This document shows positions 9,816 through 21,180 of a stretch of 64,000 nucleotides of DNA, piece by piece (position 1 is the stretch's first letter; each line of letters starts with the position of its first letter). The notes under the pieces were generated by a model that did not search any database, was not told the origin of the DNA, and worked only from the letters and a program-made list of their open reading frames with translations. Source of the stretch: an uncultured Pelagibacteraceae bacterium. Its GTDB lineage: Bacteria > Pseudomonadota > Alphaproteobacteria > Pelagibacterales > Pelagibacteraceae. The stretch lies in assembly GCA_902601895.1 (NCBI GenBank), contig CACKOU010000005.1:6885-70884 (forward strand), written 5' to 3'. Position numbers and translations under genes: made by a program.

Positions 9816-11369
9816 GTGTTATATTTTTCTAAATTAAGAGTTTTTAGTGTTTTAATTTTTACACTTATTATTTCATATTTTACTATTTCCAACTTTACAA
9901 AAGTTGATGATGAATTTTTCTCAAAAAATATAAAATTAGGATTAGATCTACAAGGTGGTTCTTATTTATTATTAGAAATAGATAATGAACCAGTCATTAC
10001 TCAAAGATTGCAAAGTAAAGTCTTAGAGTTTAAAAAATTTTTCAAAGATAAAGATATTAAGGTTAGAAATTTTGTAATTGAGAATAAGTCAATTATATTT
10101 GATGTTGAAAATTCTAAAATTGAGGAAGTTAAATCTCTGTTAGATGATGATAAAAGTGAGATAAATCCATATTTTCAACAATACAAATCGCATCAATTTA
10201 ACATTGAAAACATGGATACATCATTCAAATTAGAATTTTCCGACTATGGATTGGTATTGTTAAAAAATTCTTCATTAGATCAAGCAATTGAAATTGTAAG
10301 AAGAAGAGTTGATGAAGTAGGAACTAATGAGCCAAATATTTTAAAAAGAGGTAATGATAGAATTCTTGTTGAGTTGCCAGGATTAGACGATCCTGGTAGA
10401 ATTAAATCTTTATTAGGTAAAACAGCAAACTTAACATTCCAATTTATATCCAGTAGTTCTGAAGAATCATTTGGAACAGAAAAACTTTCTTTTGAGGATG
10501 GCTCTAGTGAAGCCATTGTTAGTAAACGAATTGTTTTAAGTGGTGATAATCTTATGGATGCCAAGCCAACTATGAATAATCAAACTAATGAGACAGTTGT
10601 TTCATTTAGTTTGGATAGAGTAGGAGCAAAAAAGTTTGGTAAGGCGACTTCAAATGGTGTTGGAAAAAGGTTGGCAATTGTTTTGGATGGAAAAATTATT
10701 AGCGCTCCTGAAGTTAGAGAACCAATTATTGGAGGAAATGGACAGATATCTGGTAATTTCACCTTTCAATCAGCAACAGATTTAGCTTTACTTTTAAGAT
10801 CAGGTGCTTTGCCGGCACCACTTAATATTATCGAAGAAAGAACTGTAGGTCCTGACCTTGGTAAAGACTCAATTAATGCAGGAATTATGTCATTGATAAT
10901 AGGATTTATCTTAGTCGTTGCCTTTATGTTTTATAAATATAGATTTTTTGGCTTAATTGCTAACTTAGCCTTAATTTCTAATTTATTTTTATTAGTTGGT
11001 ATTCTAACATTATTTGAAGCAACTCTTACACTCCCTGGAATTGCAGGTATTATTTTAACAGTAGGTATGGCTGTTGATGCAAATGTTTTAATTTTTGAGA
11101 GAATTAAAGAAGAATTAAAAAATGAAAATAATTCAATTGTAGCTTTTGATTCTGGTTATACAAAATCACGAACAACAATTTTAGATGCCAATATTACAAC
11201 TTTAATCGCTGCAGTAATTCTATTTTTTATGGGCTCAGGTCCAATTAAAGGATTTTCTATAACGCTTGGAGTTGGAATACTTACAACACTATTTTCAGTA
11301 TATTTCATTGCTCGTTTGATTACTGCTTACTATGTCATCAAAAATAAACACAAGGAAAAACTTATATAA
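9816..11369 (+). CDS. secD: Protein translocase subunit SecD
   Basis: LGLDLQGG, RRRVDEVG, GMAVDANVLIFERI; GTG start. Confidence 0.96.
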   Translation: MLYFSKLRVFSVLIFTLIISYFTISNFTKVDDEFFSKNIKLGLDLQGGSYLLLEIDNEPVITQRLQSKVLEFKKFFKDKDIKVRNFVIENKSIIFDVENSKIEEVKSLLDDDKSEINPYFQQYKSHQFNIENMDTSFKLEFSDYGLVLLKNSSLDQAIEIVRRRVDEVGTNEPNILKRGNDRILVELPGLDDPGRIKSLLGKTANLTFQFISSSSEESFGTEKLSFEDGSSEAIVSKRIVLSGDNLMDAKPTMNNQTNETVVSFSLDRVGAKKFGKATSNGVGKRLAIVLDGKIISAPEVREPIIGGNGQISGNFTFQSATDLALLLRSGALPAPLNIIEERTVGPDLGKDSINAGIMSLIIGFILVVAFMFYKYRFFGLIANLALISNLFLLVGILTLFEATLTLPGIAGIILTVGMAVDANVLIFERIKEELKNENNSIVAFDSGYTKSRTTILDANITTLIAAVILFFMGSGPIKGFSITLGVGILTTLFSVYFIARLITAYYVIKNKHKEKLI

Positions 11370-12262
11370 TGAAAACAATCTATTTTAATAAGTTTTATAA
11401 AAGTTTTAATATACTTTCAGGTATATTAATCATTGCTTCCTTAGTTTTCTTAGTTTTTAAAGGATTGAATTTTGGTGTTGATTTTAAAGGGGGTACTTTA
11501 ATAGAGCTAAGAACTGACAAATCTTCTGCTAATATCACAAAAATAAGAGATAGTTTTAATCAAATGAATCTTGGTGATGTTTCAGTGAAAAATTTTGGTA
11601 ATGAAACAGATTTTGTAGTAAAATTTGAAAAACAAAATTCAAATGATCCACAATTTATAGAACAGATAAAAACTAAACTGTCAAATTCTATAGGTTCAGT
11701 TGATTTTAGAAGAGTAGAAAATGTTGGGCCAAAAGTTAGTGCAGAACTTTTGAGATCAGGTGTAATAGCGATAGCTTTATCTTTGGCGGCTATGCTTTTA
11801 TATATATGGATCAGATTTGAGTGGCAATTTAGTCTTGGAGCTATTTTAGCTTTATTTCATGACGTTATAATTACATTAGGAGTATTTTCTGTATTTTCAT
11901 TAGAAATCAATCTTTCTATCGTTGCAGCTGTTTTAACAATAGTTGGATATTCAATGAATGATACAGTTGTAATATTTGATAGAGTTAGAGAAAATTTGCG
12001 TAAATATGCAGATGTTAAAATATTTGAACTAACAAATATTTCAATAAATGAAACTTTATCAAGAACAATAATAACATCAGTTACTACATTGTTGGCACTT
12101 TTATCTATATTTATTTTTGGTGGAGAAATATTAAAAGGATTTTCATTAGCAATGATATTAGGAGTAATTTTTGGAACTTATTCATCTATTTATATTGCAA
12201 ACCCAGTGTTGGTTTCTTTAAAAGTTAGTCAAAGAACGATTGTTAAGGAAGAAAAAGAATAA
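11369..12262 (+). CDS. secF: Protein translocase subunit SecF
   Basis: GVDFKGG, VGPKVS, GYSMNDTVVIFDRVREN. Confidence 0.96.
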   Translation: MKTIYFNKFYKSFNILSGILIIASLVFLVFKGLNFGVDFKGGTLIELRTDKSSANITKIRDSFNQMNLGDVSVKNFGNETDFVVKFEKQNSNDPQFIEQIKTKLSNSIGSVDFRRVENVGPKVSAELLRSGVIAIALSLAAMLLYIWIRFEWQFSLGAILALFHDVIITLGVFSVFSLEINLSIVAAVLTIVGYSMNDTVVIFDRVRENLRKYADVKIFELTNISINETLSRTIITSVTTLLALLSIFIFGGEILKGFSLAMILGVIFGTYSSIYIANPVLVSLKVSQRTIVKEEKE

Positions 12263-12865
12263 TTAATAAAGATTTTGTGCCGCTACCATTGTTAATAACA
12301 TTGGTAATGATAAAAGTGTGTTTGTTCTAGAAAACAGCATTGCAGTCTTTGCTGATTTAGCTTTAACTTCTGGTTCGCACTCAACCATACCTAAAGCTCT
12401 TTTTTGATTTGGCCAGATAACAAACCAAACATTGAATGCCATTATTAATCCTAACCACATTCCAATTCCTATTGCAGTATTTTTTCCACCACCTGATCCA
12501 ATTCCCAATGTCATTGCTTGATGAACGTATCCATTAAAATAGGCTAATAATAATCCTGATATGATTGTAAATAGCGCTGCCCATCTAAACCAAAATAATG
12601 CTGCAGGAGCTATAACTTTGCCTATTGCTGGTTTTTGTTCGTCTGGAATTTTAGCCATGTTGGGAATTTGAACAAAATTGAAATACCACAGTAAACCAAT
12701 CCACATAATACTTACAGTTACATGTACGTATCTTAATAACCAGCTCCAAAATAAAACATCAAAATCAAATCCACCATTACCTATATAAAGACCAATGAAT
12801 AGTAATATTGCAATAGCCAGTGATAAATGAACAGTCTTTGATAATGATTGTAATATTGAAGTCAT
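12263..12865 (-). CDS. PuuD/urate-oxidase N-terminal-like integral membrane protein (no cytochrome c domain)
   Basis: RYVHV..IMWIGLLWYFNF, WFRWAA, NVWFVIWPNQK, SRTNT motifs. Confidence 0.75.
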   Translation of the reverse strand: MTSILQSLSKTVHLSLAIAILLFIGLYIGNGGFDFDVLFWSWLLRYVHVTVSIMWIGLLWYFNFVQIPNMAKIPDEQKPAIGKVIAPAALFWFRWAALFTIISGLLLAYFNGYVHQAMTLGIGSGGGKNTAIGIGMWLGLIMAFNVWFVIWPNQKRALGMVECEPEVKAKSAKTAMLFSRTNTLLSLPMLLTMVAAQNLY

Positions 12866-12900
12866 CTCTAGTATGATTTTATATTATTTTTCTATAAAGA

Positions 12901-15777
12901 TTAAGCGGTTTTTTTAAATTTTGTATCTAATAAAGGCTTTAAAAATTTACCTGTATAGCTATCTTTCACTTTTGCAACTTCCTCGGGTTTGCCTTCGGCA
13001 ATAATATTTCCACCTTTAACACCACCCTCAGGTCCCATATCTACAATATAATCGGCAGTTTTAATAACATCTAAATTATGCTCAATAACTACAACTGAAT
13101 TACCCGTTGCAACAAATGTGTGTAAAATTTCCAAAAGTTTTTTTATATCATGTTGATGCAATCCAGTAGTTGGTTCATCTAATATATACATTGTTCTTCC
13201 TGTAGACCTTTTAGATAATTCTTTAGCAAGCTTTATACGCTGAGCCTCTCCACCTGATAGAGTTGTAGCTTGCTGACCAATTTTTATGTATCCAAGACCA
13301 ACTTTCTTTAACGTTAGAAGTTTAGTTTTGATGTTTGAAATATTTTCAAAATACTCACATCCTTCATCAACAGTCATATTTAAAACATCTGCAATACTCT
13401 TATCTTTGAATTTAATCTCTAATGTTTCTCTGTTGTATCTAGTGCCTTTGCATTCATCGCATGTTATGTAAACATCAGGAAGAAAGTGCATTTCGTAAGT
13501 AATTACACCATCTCCTTCACATGCTTCACATCTTCCACCCTTTACATTGAAAGAAAATCTTCCAGGTTTATAGCCTCTACTTTTTGCTTCAGGTAAATTG
13601 GTAAACCAGTCTCTTATAGGACCAAAAGCTCCAGTATATGTAGCAGGATTTGATCTAGGAGTTCTACCAATAGGTGATTGATCAATATCTATAACTTTAT
13701 CAATTAATTCTATTCCTTTAAATCCTCTAAATGGCTGAGGAATTTTTCTAGACTTATTATTATTCAAAGTAAGATTTAATGCATTGTATAAAGTTTGAAG
13801 TATCAAAGTAGATTTACCACTTCCAGATACACCAGTAACACAAGTGAAACTACCTAAAGGTATTTTTAAATTTACGTTATTTAAATTATTTCCCGATGCA
13901 CCATTAATTTCTAAAAATCTACCATTTTTTGCAAGTCTTCTATTTTTTGGAATAGGTATGAAACTCTTATTTGATAAATATCTTCCAGTAATACTTTTAT
14001 CATTTTTTAAAATTTGCTCATAGGTACCTTCAGCAACAATTTCTCCACCTTTATTTCCAGCTTCAGGTCCTAAATCTATTATATGATCTGCATTCTCCAT
14101 TGTTTCTGTATCGTGTTCGACAACAATAACAGTATTACCTAAGTCTCTTAATCTTTTTAATGCATCTATAAGTTTTACATTATCTTTTTGATGTAACCCA
14201 ATTGATGGTTCATCTAAAACGTATAGAACTCCAGTTAAACCTGATCCTATTTGTGAAGCTAGTCTAATCCTTTGTGCTTCACCACCAGATAATGTTCCAG
14301 ACTCTCTAGATAAAGTTAAATAATCAAGTCCAACATTTAAAAGAAAATCTAAACGTTCATTAATTTCTTTTAATATATGTTGAGCAATTTTAATTTGTCT
14401 TTTGTCTAATTTAACTTCTAAAGATCTAAACCATTCCTTAGCATCAAAAATTGATTTTTCTGTAACTTGGCTTATGTTTAATTCATTTATTTTAACACAA
14501 AGAGCTTCATCTTTTAATCGATAACCATTGCATCTTTCACATTTTGTATCAGATTGATATTGAGCAATTTCTTCTCTTTTCCAATCGCTGTCTGTCTCTA
14601 AATATCTTCTCTCTAGATTATTAACAACACCTTCAAAGGTTTTTTTGTGAGAATACTTCTCATAGCCATCGTCATAAGTAAATTTAATTTCTTCATCATC
14701 AGATCCATACAAAATTACATCCTTAATTTTTTTTGGTAGTTTTGACCATTTATCATCTAATGAAAATCCATAATGTTTAGATAAAGATGCCAATGTTTGA
14801 GCGTAATACATTGATGTAGATTTTGCCCAAGGTTCAATAGCACCATCTGCGATAGATTTTTTTTCATTTGGAACAACTAAATTTGGATCAACATTTAATT
14901 TCATTCCAATACCTTCACATTCTTCACAAGCTCCATACGGACTGTTGAATGAGAAAAGTCTTGGTTCAATCTCTTCAATAGTAAAACCACTTTCAGGACA
15001 AGCAAATTTAGTAGAGAAAATTAGTTTTTCGATTTTTCTGTATTTTTTTGGAAGTGTTTCATTTTCATATTCAACAAAAAGTAATCCATTTGCTAAATTA
15101 ACAGCTGTTTCAACACTTTCAGCTAATCTGTTTCCTAATGAGGAATTTACTACAATTCTATCAACTAAAATTGAAATATCATGTTTGAGTTTTTTATTTA
15201 ATTCTGGAACACTTTCAATATCATATAATTGGTCATCAACTTTAATTTTTCTAAATCCTCTTTTTTTGTATCCTAATATATCTTTTTTATATTCACCCTT
15301 ACGTCCTCGCACGACTGGTGCATATAAATATATGGTAGATTTTTTTGGTAATTCTTTAATCTTATCAACAATTTGACTAATAGTTTGTGAAGTAATTGGT
15401 TTACCAGTGAATGGAGAGTAGGGTATTCCAGCTCTTGCATAAAGTACTCTCATGTAATCGTATATTTCGGTTACAGTTGCAACTGTTGATCTTGGATTTT
15501 TAGAAGTATTTTTTTGTTCTATGGAGATTGCTGGACTTAAACCTTCGATTAGATCTACATTAGGTTTTTTCATTTTATCTAAAAACTGTCTTGCATAAGC
15601 AGATAAACTTTCAACATATCTTCTTTGACCTTCTGCATAGACAGTATCGAATGCTAATGATGATTTTCCAGACCCAGACAGACCTGTTATTACAACAAAT
15701 TTATCTTTAGGAATCTCTAGTGAAATATTCTTTAAATTGTGCTCTTTTGCGCCCTTAATAAGTATCTTTTTAAGCAT
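12901..15777 (-). CDS. uvrA: Excinuclease ABC subunit A
   Basis: Two Walker A motifs ([16 protein letters not shown]), two LSGGEAQR signatures, Zn fingers. Confidence 0.98.
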   Translation of the reverse strand: MLKKILIKGAKEHNLKNISLEIPKDKFVVITGLSGSGKSSLAFDTVYAEGQRRYVESLSAYARQFLDKMKKPNVDLIEGLSPAISIEQKNTSKNPRSTVATVTEIYDYMRVLYARAGIPYSPFTGKPITSQTISQIVDKIKELPKKSTIYLYAPVVRGRKGEYKKDILGYKKRGFRKIKVDDQLYDIESVPELNKKLKHDISILVDRIVVNSSLGNRLAESVETAVNLANGLLFVEYENETLPKKYRKIEKLIFSTKFACPESGFTIEEIEPRLFSFNSPYGACEECEGIGMKLNVDPNLVVPNEKKSIADGAIEPWAKSTSMYYAQTLASLSKHYGFSLDDKWSKLPKKIKDVILYGSDDEEIKFTYDDGYEKYSHKKTFEGVVNNLERRYLETDSDWKREEIAQYQSDTKCERCNGYRLKDEALCVKINELNISQVTEKSIFDAKEWFRSLEVKLDKRQIKIAQHILKEINERLDFLLNVGLDYLTLSRESGTLSGGEAQRIRLASQIGSGLTGVLYVLDEPSIGLHQKDNVKLIDALKRLRDLGNTVIVVEHDTETMENADHIIDLGPEAGNKGGEIVAEGTYEQILKNDKSITGRYLSNKSFIPIPKNRRLAKNGRFLEINGASGNNLNNVNLKIPLGSFTCVTGVSGSGKSTLILQTLYNALNLTLNNNKSRKIPQPFRGFKGIELIDKVIDIDQSPIGRTPRSNPATYTGAFGPIRDWFTNLPEAKSRGYKPGRFSFNVKGGRCEACEGDGVITYEMHFLPDVYITCDECKGTRYNRETLEIKFKDKSIADVLNMTVDEGCEYFENISNIKTKLLTLKKVGLGYIKIGQQATTLSGGEAQRIKLAKELSKRSTGRTMYILDEPTTGLHQHDIKKLLEILHTFVATGNSVVVIEHNLDVIKTADYIVDMGPEGGVKGGNIIAEGKPEEVAKVKDSYTGKFLKPLLDTKFKKTA

Positions 15778-15822
15778 AATTTTAGTTGCTTTAGATTAAT
15801 AAAATTAATATTCAAGCCTATT

Positions 15823-15840
15823 AATGTTATAAATAACATT
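15823..15840. promoter_or_regulatory. Perfect inverted repeat (candidate operator) in the uvrA/ssb divergent intergenic region
   Basis: AATGTTAT-AA-ATAACATT. Confidence 0.4.
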
Positions 15841-15857
15841 TCAAATATATAAATATT

Positions 15858-16304
15858 ATGGCAGGAAGCTTAAATAAAGTACTTTTAATCGGTCGATTAG
15901 GCGCAGATCCAGAAATTAAACAAATGGTTAACGGTAAAAGTGTAGCAAGATTAAGCCTAGCTACTAGTCAATCATGGAAAGATAAAAATACCGGTGAAAA
16001 AAAGGAAAAAACTGAATGGCATAGAGTAGTTGTTTTCAATGAAGGACTAGTAAATGTAGTTCAACAATATTTAAAAAAAGGAGCACAAGTATACGTTGAA
16101 GGACAACTGACTACTAGAAAATGGAAAGATGAACAATCAGGTCAGGATAAATATTCTACTGAAATTTTAATACAAGGATACAATTCATCATTAACAATGT
16201 TAGGTGGAGGAAATCAAAATTCAATTCCATCTCAAGATAACAAACAAAGTTTTGATGATAGCTCTATGGCTCAAAATGAGTTAGACGACGATATTCCTTT
16301 CTAA
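15858..16304 (+). CDS. ssb: Single-stranded DNA-binding protein
   Basis: [26 protein letters not shown]-terminal DDDIPF. Confidence 0.98.
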   Translation: MAGSLNKVLLIGRLGADPEIKQMVNGKSVARLSLATSQSWKDKNTGEKKEKTEWHRVVVFNEGLVNVVQQYLKKGAQVYVEGQLTTRKWKDEQSGQDKYSTEILIQGYNSSLTMLGGGNQNSIPSQDNKQSFDDSSMAQNELDDDIPF

Positions 16305-16308
16305 ATAA

Positions 16309-18882
16309 ATGCAAAAAAACGAAGTTACTAAAGATAGAAATATTAAACCGATTACTATGTATGATGAAATGAGTTCATCATATTTATCTTACGCCATGAG
16401 CGTAATAATTAGTAGAGCATTGCCTGATATAAGAGATGGACTTAAACCTGTTCACAGAAGAATTTTATATGCAATGCATAAAGGTGGTTTTGATTGGACA
16501 AAACAATTTAGAAAATCTGCAAGAATTGTTGGAGATGTAATTGGTAAATATCATCCGCATGGTGATCAAGCTGTATATGATGCATTGGTTAGAATGGTTC
16601 AAGATTTTTCAATGAGTGTTCCGTTAATTGATGGTCAGGGTAATTTTGGTTCAATCGATGGTGATCCACCTGCAGCAATGAGATATACTGAAACCAAACT
16701 TGCAAAAATTTCTCAATTTTTGATTAATGATATAGAAAAAAATACCGTTTCATTTAAAAGTAATTACGACGAAACTGAGCAAGAGCCTACAGTACTGCCA
16801 GCTCAATATCCTAATCTTTTGGTAAATGGAGCTGGAGGTATCGCTGTTGGTATGGCTACTAGTATACCACCACATAATCTTGGTGAAATTATTGAAGGAA
16901 CTTTAGCTCTTATTAAAAATAAAGATATTAAAATTAAAGAGTTAATGAAGCATATACCCGGACCTGATTTTCCAACTGGTGGAGTTATTATCGGTAAAGA
17001 TATTATTCGAGAAGGATACAAAACTGGCAGAGGCTCTTTTAAAATTAGGGGTGAAATAAATGTGGAAAATCTTAAAAATGGCAAAGATAGACTGGTAATT
17101 ACCTCAATACCTTATCAAGTAAATAAATCTAACTTAAATGAAAAAATTGCAGAATTAGTTAGAGATAAAAAAATTGAAGGTATAAGTGACATCAGAGATG
17201 AATCTAACAGAGAAGGTATAAGAGTTGCTATAGACTTAAGAAGAAGTGTTGAACCAGAGACAATCAAAAGACAACTTTATAAATATACATCCATTGAAAC
17301 TTCATTCGGATTTAATTCATTAGCCATTGTTGATAACAAACCTAAAACATGTTCATTAAAAGATTTTTTAGAGAACTTTTTGAAATTTAGAGAAGATGTA
17401 GTAATTAAAAAAACAAAATATGATTTAAAAAAAGCAGAGGACCGTGTTCATGTATTACTTGGTTTATCTGTTAGTGTGGAAAATATTGATAAAGTAATTA
17501 AAATAATTAGATCTTCTAAAAATCCAGAAGAAGCAAGAAATACTCTTATTAAAACTAAATGGAAAATAACAAAATCTTCTAAATTAATTAAATTAGTTGA
17601 TAGTAAAAATTATAAAGCATCTTACTACCTATCTGAAATTCAAGCTAATTCAATACTAGAACTTAGATTACAAAAATTAACAGCTCTTGGAATTAACGAA
17701 ATTGAGGAAGAAATAAAAAAATTATCTGAATTAATTACAAAATATAAAAAAATAATTAATTCTAAAAGTGAATTATTAAAAGTAATTAGTTATGAGTTAT
17801 CTCAAATTAAAGAGAAATTTTCATCACCAAGAAGAACACAGATTATAGATGCTGTTTTAAACTATAATATTGAAGAAACTATTCAAAAAGAGTCTGTTAT
17901 AATTACAATTACTTTGCAGGGATACATTAAAAGAGGCGCTTTAAGTAATGTTAAACAACAAAAAAGAGGTGGAAAAGGTAAAACAGGAATTAAAACAAGA
18001 GAAGAAGATTCTGTCGTACAAACACTATCAGTAAATACACACACGTCCGTTTTATTTTTCTCTACTGAAGGATTAGCATACAAAGTTAAAGCTTGGAAAA
18101 TTCCAGAAGGATCAGCTACATCAAAAGGTAAGTCTTTATTTAATATTCTTCCTTTAAAAAATCATCAATCAATTAGTTCAATTATGCCATTTCCAGATAG
18201 CGATGTTGATACAAAAGATATGCATATCATTTTTGCAACAAGTGAAGGAAAAATTAGAAAGAATAATCTTGAAGATTTTACCTCAATTAATTCCTCAGGT
18301 AAAATTGCAATGAAGCTTGACGGTAATGATAAAATTATTGGAGTTAAAATTTGTAGAGATGATCAGGATATAATTTTAAGTACTAAATTAGGAAAATGCA
18401 TAAGGTTTGAGTCAAAAAAACTTAGAGTTTTTAAAGGTAGATCATCAAAAGGTATAAGAGGTATCAATTTAGCAGAAAATGATACTATAGTATCTCTGTC
18501 TATTATTGATCATGACATAAATAAAAAAGCAAAAACTAAAGACCAAAAATCAGAAATTAAAGCTAAAGAAAAATTCATATTATCAATCACAGAAAATGGT
18601 TATGGTAAGAGAACATCTCATTATGATTATAGAGTTACAAATAGAGGGGGAAAGGGAATTATTGGTATTGTAAATTCACCAAGAAACGGGAATGTTTCTT
18701 CATCCTTCCCAGTTTTTGAAGGAGATCAAATATTAATTTCAACAAATAAAGGTAGAGTAATAAGAACAGCTGTTAAAGAGATAAGAATAGCCGGTCGTAA
18801 TACTCAAGGGGTTAGAATAATTAAACTGACTGGTGATGAAAAAGTAGTTTCTGCTATTAAATTAGATGATAATCTCATCTAA
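16309..18882 (+). CDS. gyrA: DNA gyrase subunit A
   Basis: [22 protein letters not shown], GyrA-box QKRGGKG. Confidence 0.98.
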   Translation: MQKNEVTKDRNIKPITMYDEMSSSYLSYAMSVIISRALPDIRDGLKPVHRRILYAMHKGGFDWTKQFRKSARIVGDVIGKYHPHGDQAVYDALVRMVQDFSMSVPLIDGQGNFGSIDGDPPAAMRYTETKLAKISQFLINDIEKNTVSFKSNYDETEQEPTVLPAQYPNLLVNGAGGIAVGMATSIPPHNLGEIIEGTLALIKNKDIKIKELMKHIPGPDFPTGGVIIGKDIIREGYKTGRGSFKIRGEINVENLKNGKDRLVITSIPYQVNKSNLNEKIAELVRDKKIEGISDIRDESNREGIRVAIDLRRSVEPETIKRQLYKYTSIETSFGFNSLAIVDNKPKTCSLKDFLENFLKFREDVVIKKTKYDLKKAEDRVHVLLGLSVSVENIDKVIKIIRSSKNPEEARNTLIKTKWKITKSSKLIKLVDSKNYKASYYLSEIQANSILELRLQKLTALGINEIEEEIKKLSELITKYKKIINSKSELLKVISYELSQIKEKFSSPRRTQIIDAVLNYNIEETIQKESVIITITLQGYIKRGALSNVKQQKRGGKGKTGIKTREEDSVVQTLSVNTHTSVLFFSTEGLAYKVKAWKIPEGSATSKGKSLFNILPLKNHQSISSIMPFPDSDVDTKDMHIIFATSEGKIRKNNLEDFTSINSSGKIAMKLDGNDKIIGVKICRDDQDIILSTKLGKCIRFESKKLRVFKGRSSKGIRGINLAENDTIVSLSIIDHDINKKAKTKDQKSEIKAKEKFILSITENGYGKRTSHYDYRVTNRGGKGIIGIVNSPRNGNVSSSFPVFEGDQILISTNKGRVIRTAVKEIRIAGRNTQGVRIIKLTGDEKVVSAIKLDDNLI

Positions 18883-19376
18883 TGAAAAATATAGCTATCT
18901 ATCCAGGAACTTTTGATCCAATTACATTTGGTCATATAGATGTCATTAAGAAATCACTTAAGATAGTAGATAAAGTAATTGTAGGTATTTCGGATGGAAA
19001 TCAGAAAAACTTCCTATTTTCATTAGAAGAAAGAATAGAAATTGTAAATAGAGCTCTTTATAAAGATCTCAAATTTAAAAAGAATAAGGTTGATGTTATA
19101 AAATTTAATACTTTGACAACAGATCTTTGTAAAAAATATAAATCAAATATTATTTTAAGAGGCCTAAGGGCAGTTTCGGATTTTGAGTATGAATTCCAAC
19201 TAGCTGGAATGAATAGAAAACTTAATAACCAAGTTGAGACAATTTTTTTAATGTCAGATGTTGAAAATCAAATAATATCATCCAGATTTGTTAAAGAAAT
19301 CGCTCAACATAATGGTGATTTAAAAAAATTTACAACTAAAAGTACAATTAAATCATTGAAAGAGGTATATGAATAA
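18882..19376 (+). CDS. coaD: Pantetheine-phosphate adenylyltransferase
   Basis: YPGTFDPITFGH, RGLRAVSDFEYE, ISS. Confidence 0.97.
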   Translation: MKNIAIYPGTFDPITFGHIDVIKKSLKIVDKVIVGISDGNQKNFLFSLEERIEIVNRALYKDLKFKKNKVDVIKFNTLTTDLCKKYKSNIILRGLRAVSDFEYEFQLAGMNRKLNNQVETIFLMSDVENQIISSRFVKEIAQHNGDLKKFTTKSTIKSLKEVYE

Positions 19377-19926
19377 ATTTTTAAATATTTTAATTATTTT
19401 TTTTATTTTTTTATCATCAAATTTAATAGCAAAGGAGAATATAATGATTTTAAAATTAAAAGACGGCGATGTAAAAATTGAAATGTACCCTGATGTTGCT
19501 CCAAATCATGTTAAAAGAATTCAAGAGTTAGCTGATTCAGGACAATACGATAATGTGGTATTTCACAGAGTAATTGATGGGTTTATGGCTCAAACAGGTG
19601 ATGTAAAATTTGGAAATTCATCTTCTAAAGATTTCGATTTAAGACGAGCAGGTATTGGTGGATCTGATTTACCAGATTTAAATCAAGAATTTAATAACCT
19701 TCCTCATGATAGAGGAACTGTTTCTATGGCAAGATCATCAGATCCTAATAGTGCCAATAGTCAATTTTTCATCTGTTTTAAACCAGCACCTTTCCTAGAT
19801 AGACAATATACTGTTTTTGGAAAAGTAATAGAAGGAATGGAATTTGTTGATATGATTACAAAAGGTGATGGTGAAAACGGTGCAGTTTCAAATCCAGATA
19901 AAATTATTAGTTTTAAATCTCAATAA
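19369..19926 (+). CDS. Cyclophilin-type peptidyl-prolyl isomerase with signal peptide
   Basis: FHRVIDGFMAQTGD, SMAR, SANSQFFI, YTVFGKV. Confidence 0.94.
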   Translation: MNKFLNILIIFFIFLSSNLIAKENIMILKLKDGDVKIEMYPDVAPNHVKRIQELADSGQYDNVVFHRVIDGFMAQTGDVKFGNSSSKDFDLRRAGIGGSDLPDLNQEFNNLPHDRGTVSMARSSDPNSANSQFFICFKPAPFLDRQYTVFGKVIEGMEFVDMITKGDGENGAVSNPDKIISFKSQ

Positions 19927-19937
19927 TTTAATAATGA

Positions 19938-21050
19938 ATGTCATTAAAAGATTTCAATTTTAATGTTCATAACACTCAAAATTATGCAAGAGTAGGAGTT
20001 ATAGAGACTCATAGAGGCAATATTAATACACCAGCGTTTATGCCAGTTGGTACACAAGCAACTGTTAAAGGTGTTTTTTTAGATGATATAAAAAAAACAG
20101 GTAGTGAGATCATCTTATCAAATACGTATCATCTAATGATAAGACCAGGTGTAGAAAGAATCGAAAATATTGGAGGACTTCATAAATTCATGAATTGTGA
20201 TCTACCAATCTTAACTGATTCAGGTGGTTTTCAAGTTATGTCTCTGTCTAAATTAAGTAAAATTGATAGAGATAAGGGTGCAATTTTTCAATCACATATT
20301 GATGGTAAAACTTTTATTTTAAGCCCTGAGGAAAGCATAAGAATTCAAAAAAGTTTGAACTCAGATATAGTGATGGTTATGGATGAATGTCCTAAAAATA
20401 CAAAAGACTATGATAAAATTAAAAAATCTATGGAATTATCATCTGAGTGGGCAAAAAGATCAAAAGATGCATTTGGTATAAATAATCACAAAGGTTTATT
20501 TGGAATAGTACAAGGTGGATTATTTAATGATCTAAGAATAAAGTCTTTGAACAACTTAATTGATCTTGGATTTAATGGGTATGCCCTTGGTGGATTGGCA
20601 GTAGGGGAAACACAAGATGAAATGTTTGACGTTCTAGATGGAATAAAAGATCATATGCCTAAAGATAAACCTAGATATTTAATGGGTGTTGGTACTCCAT
20701 CTGATATACTTGGAGCAGTTAAGAGAGGTGTAGATATGTTTGACTGTGTAATGCCTACAAGATCTGGAAGGACAGGTTTGGCATTTACTTGGGGAGGTCA
20801 AATTCAAATAAGAAACTCAAAATATAAATATGATAATTCGCCATTGGACAAAAATGTCTCAAAATTTAATTTAAATAAATATTCTAAAAACTATTTAAAT
20901 CACTTATTTAATACAAATGAAATGCTAGCATCAATGATCCTAACATTAAATAATATTAATTTTTATCAAGAATTAATGGCTAGAATTAGAAATAATATTA
21001 AGGAAGGTACATTTGATGAATTTCATGACAAGTTCATCAATAAATTGTAA
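19938..21050 (+). CDS. tgt: tRNA-guanine transglycosylase
   Basis: TPAFMPVGT, NTYHL, TDSGGFQ, DECP, GGLAVGE, DMFDCV. Confidence 0.97.
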   Translation: MSLKDFNFNVHNTQNYARVGVIETHRGNINTPAFMPVGTQATVKGVFLDDIKKTGSEIILSNTYHLMIRPGVERIENIGGLHKFMNCDLPILTDSGGFQVMSLSKLSKIDRDKGAIFQSHIDGKTFILSPEESIRIQKSLNSDIVMVMDECPKNTKDYDKIKKSMELSSEWAKRSKDAFGINNHKGLFGIVQGGLFNDLRIKSLNNLIDLGFNGYALGGLAVGETQDEMFDVLDGIKDHMPKDKPRYLMGVGTPSDILGAVKRGVDMFDCVMPTRSGRTGLAFTWGGQIQIRNSKYKYDNSPLDKNVSKFNLNKYSKNYLNHLFNTNEMLASMILTLNNINFYQELMARIRNNIKEGTFDEFHDKFINKL

Positions 21051-21099
21051 ATTTTTAACATTGATTAATAAAAAAAAATCAATATAAAAAACCATCTTT

Positions 21100-21175
<76 letters not shown>

Positions 21176-21180
21176 TTCTG

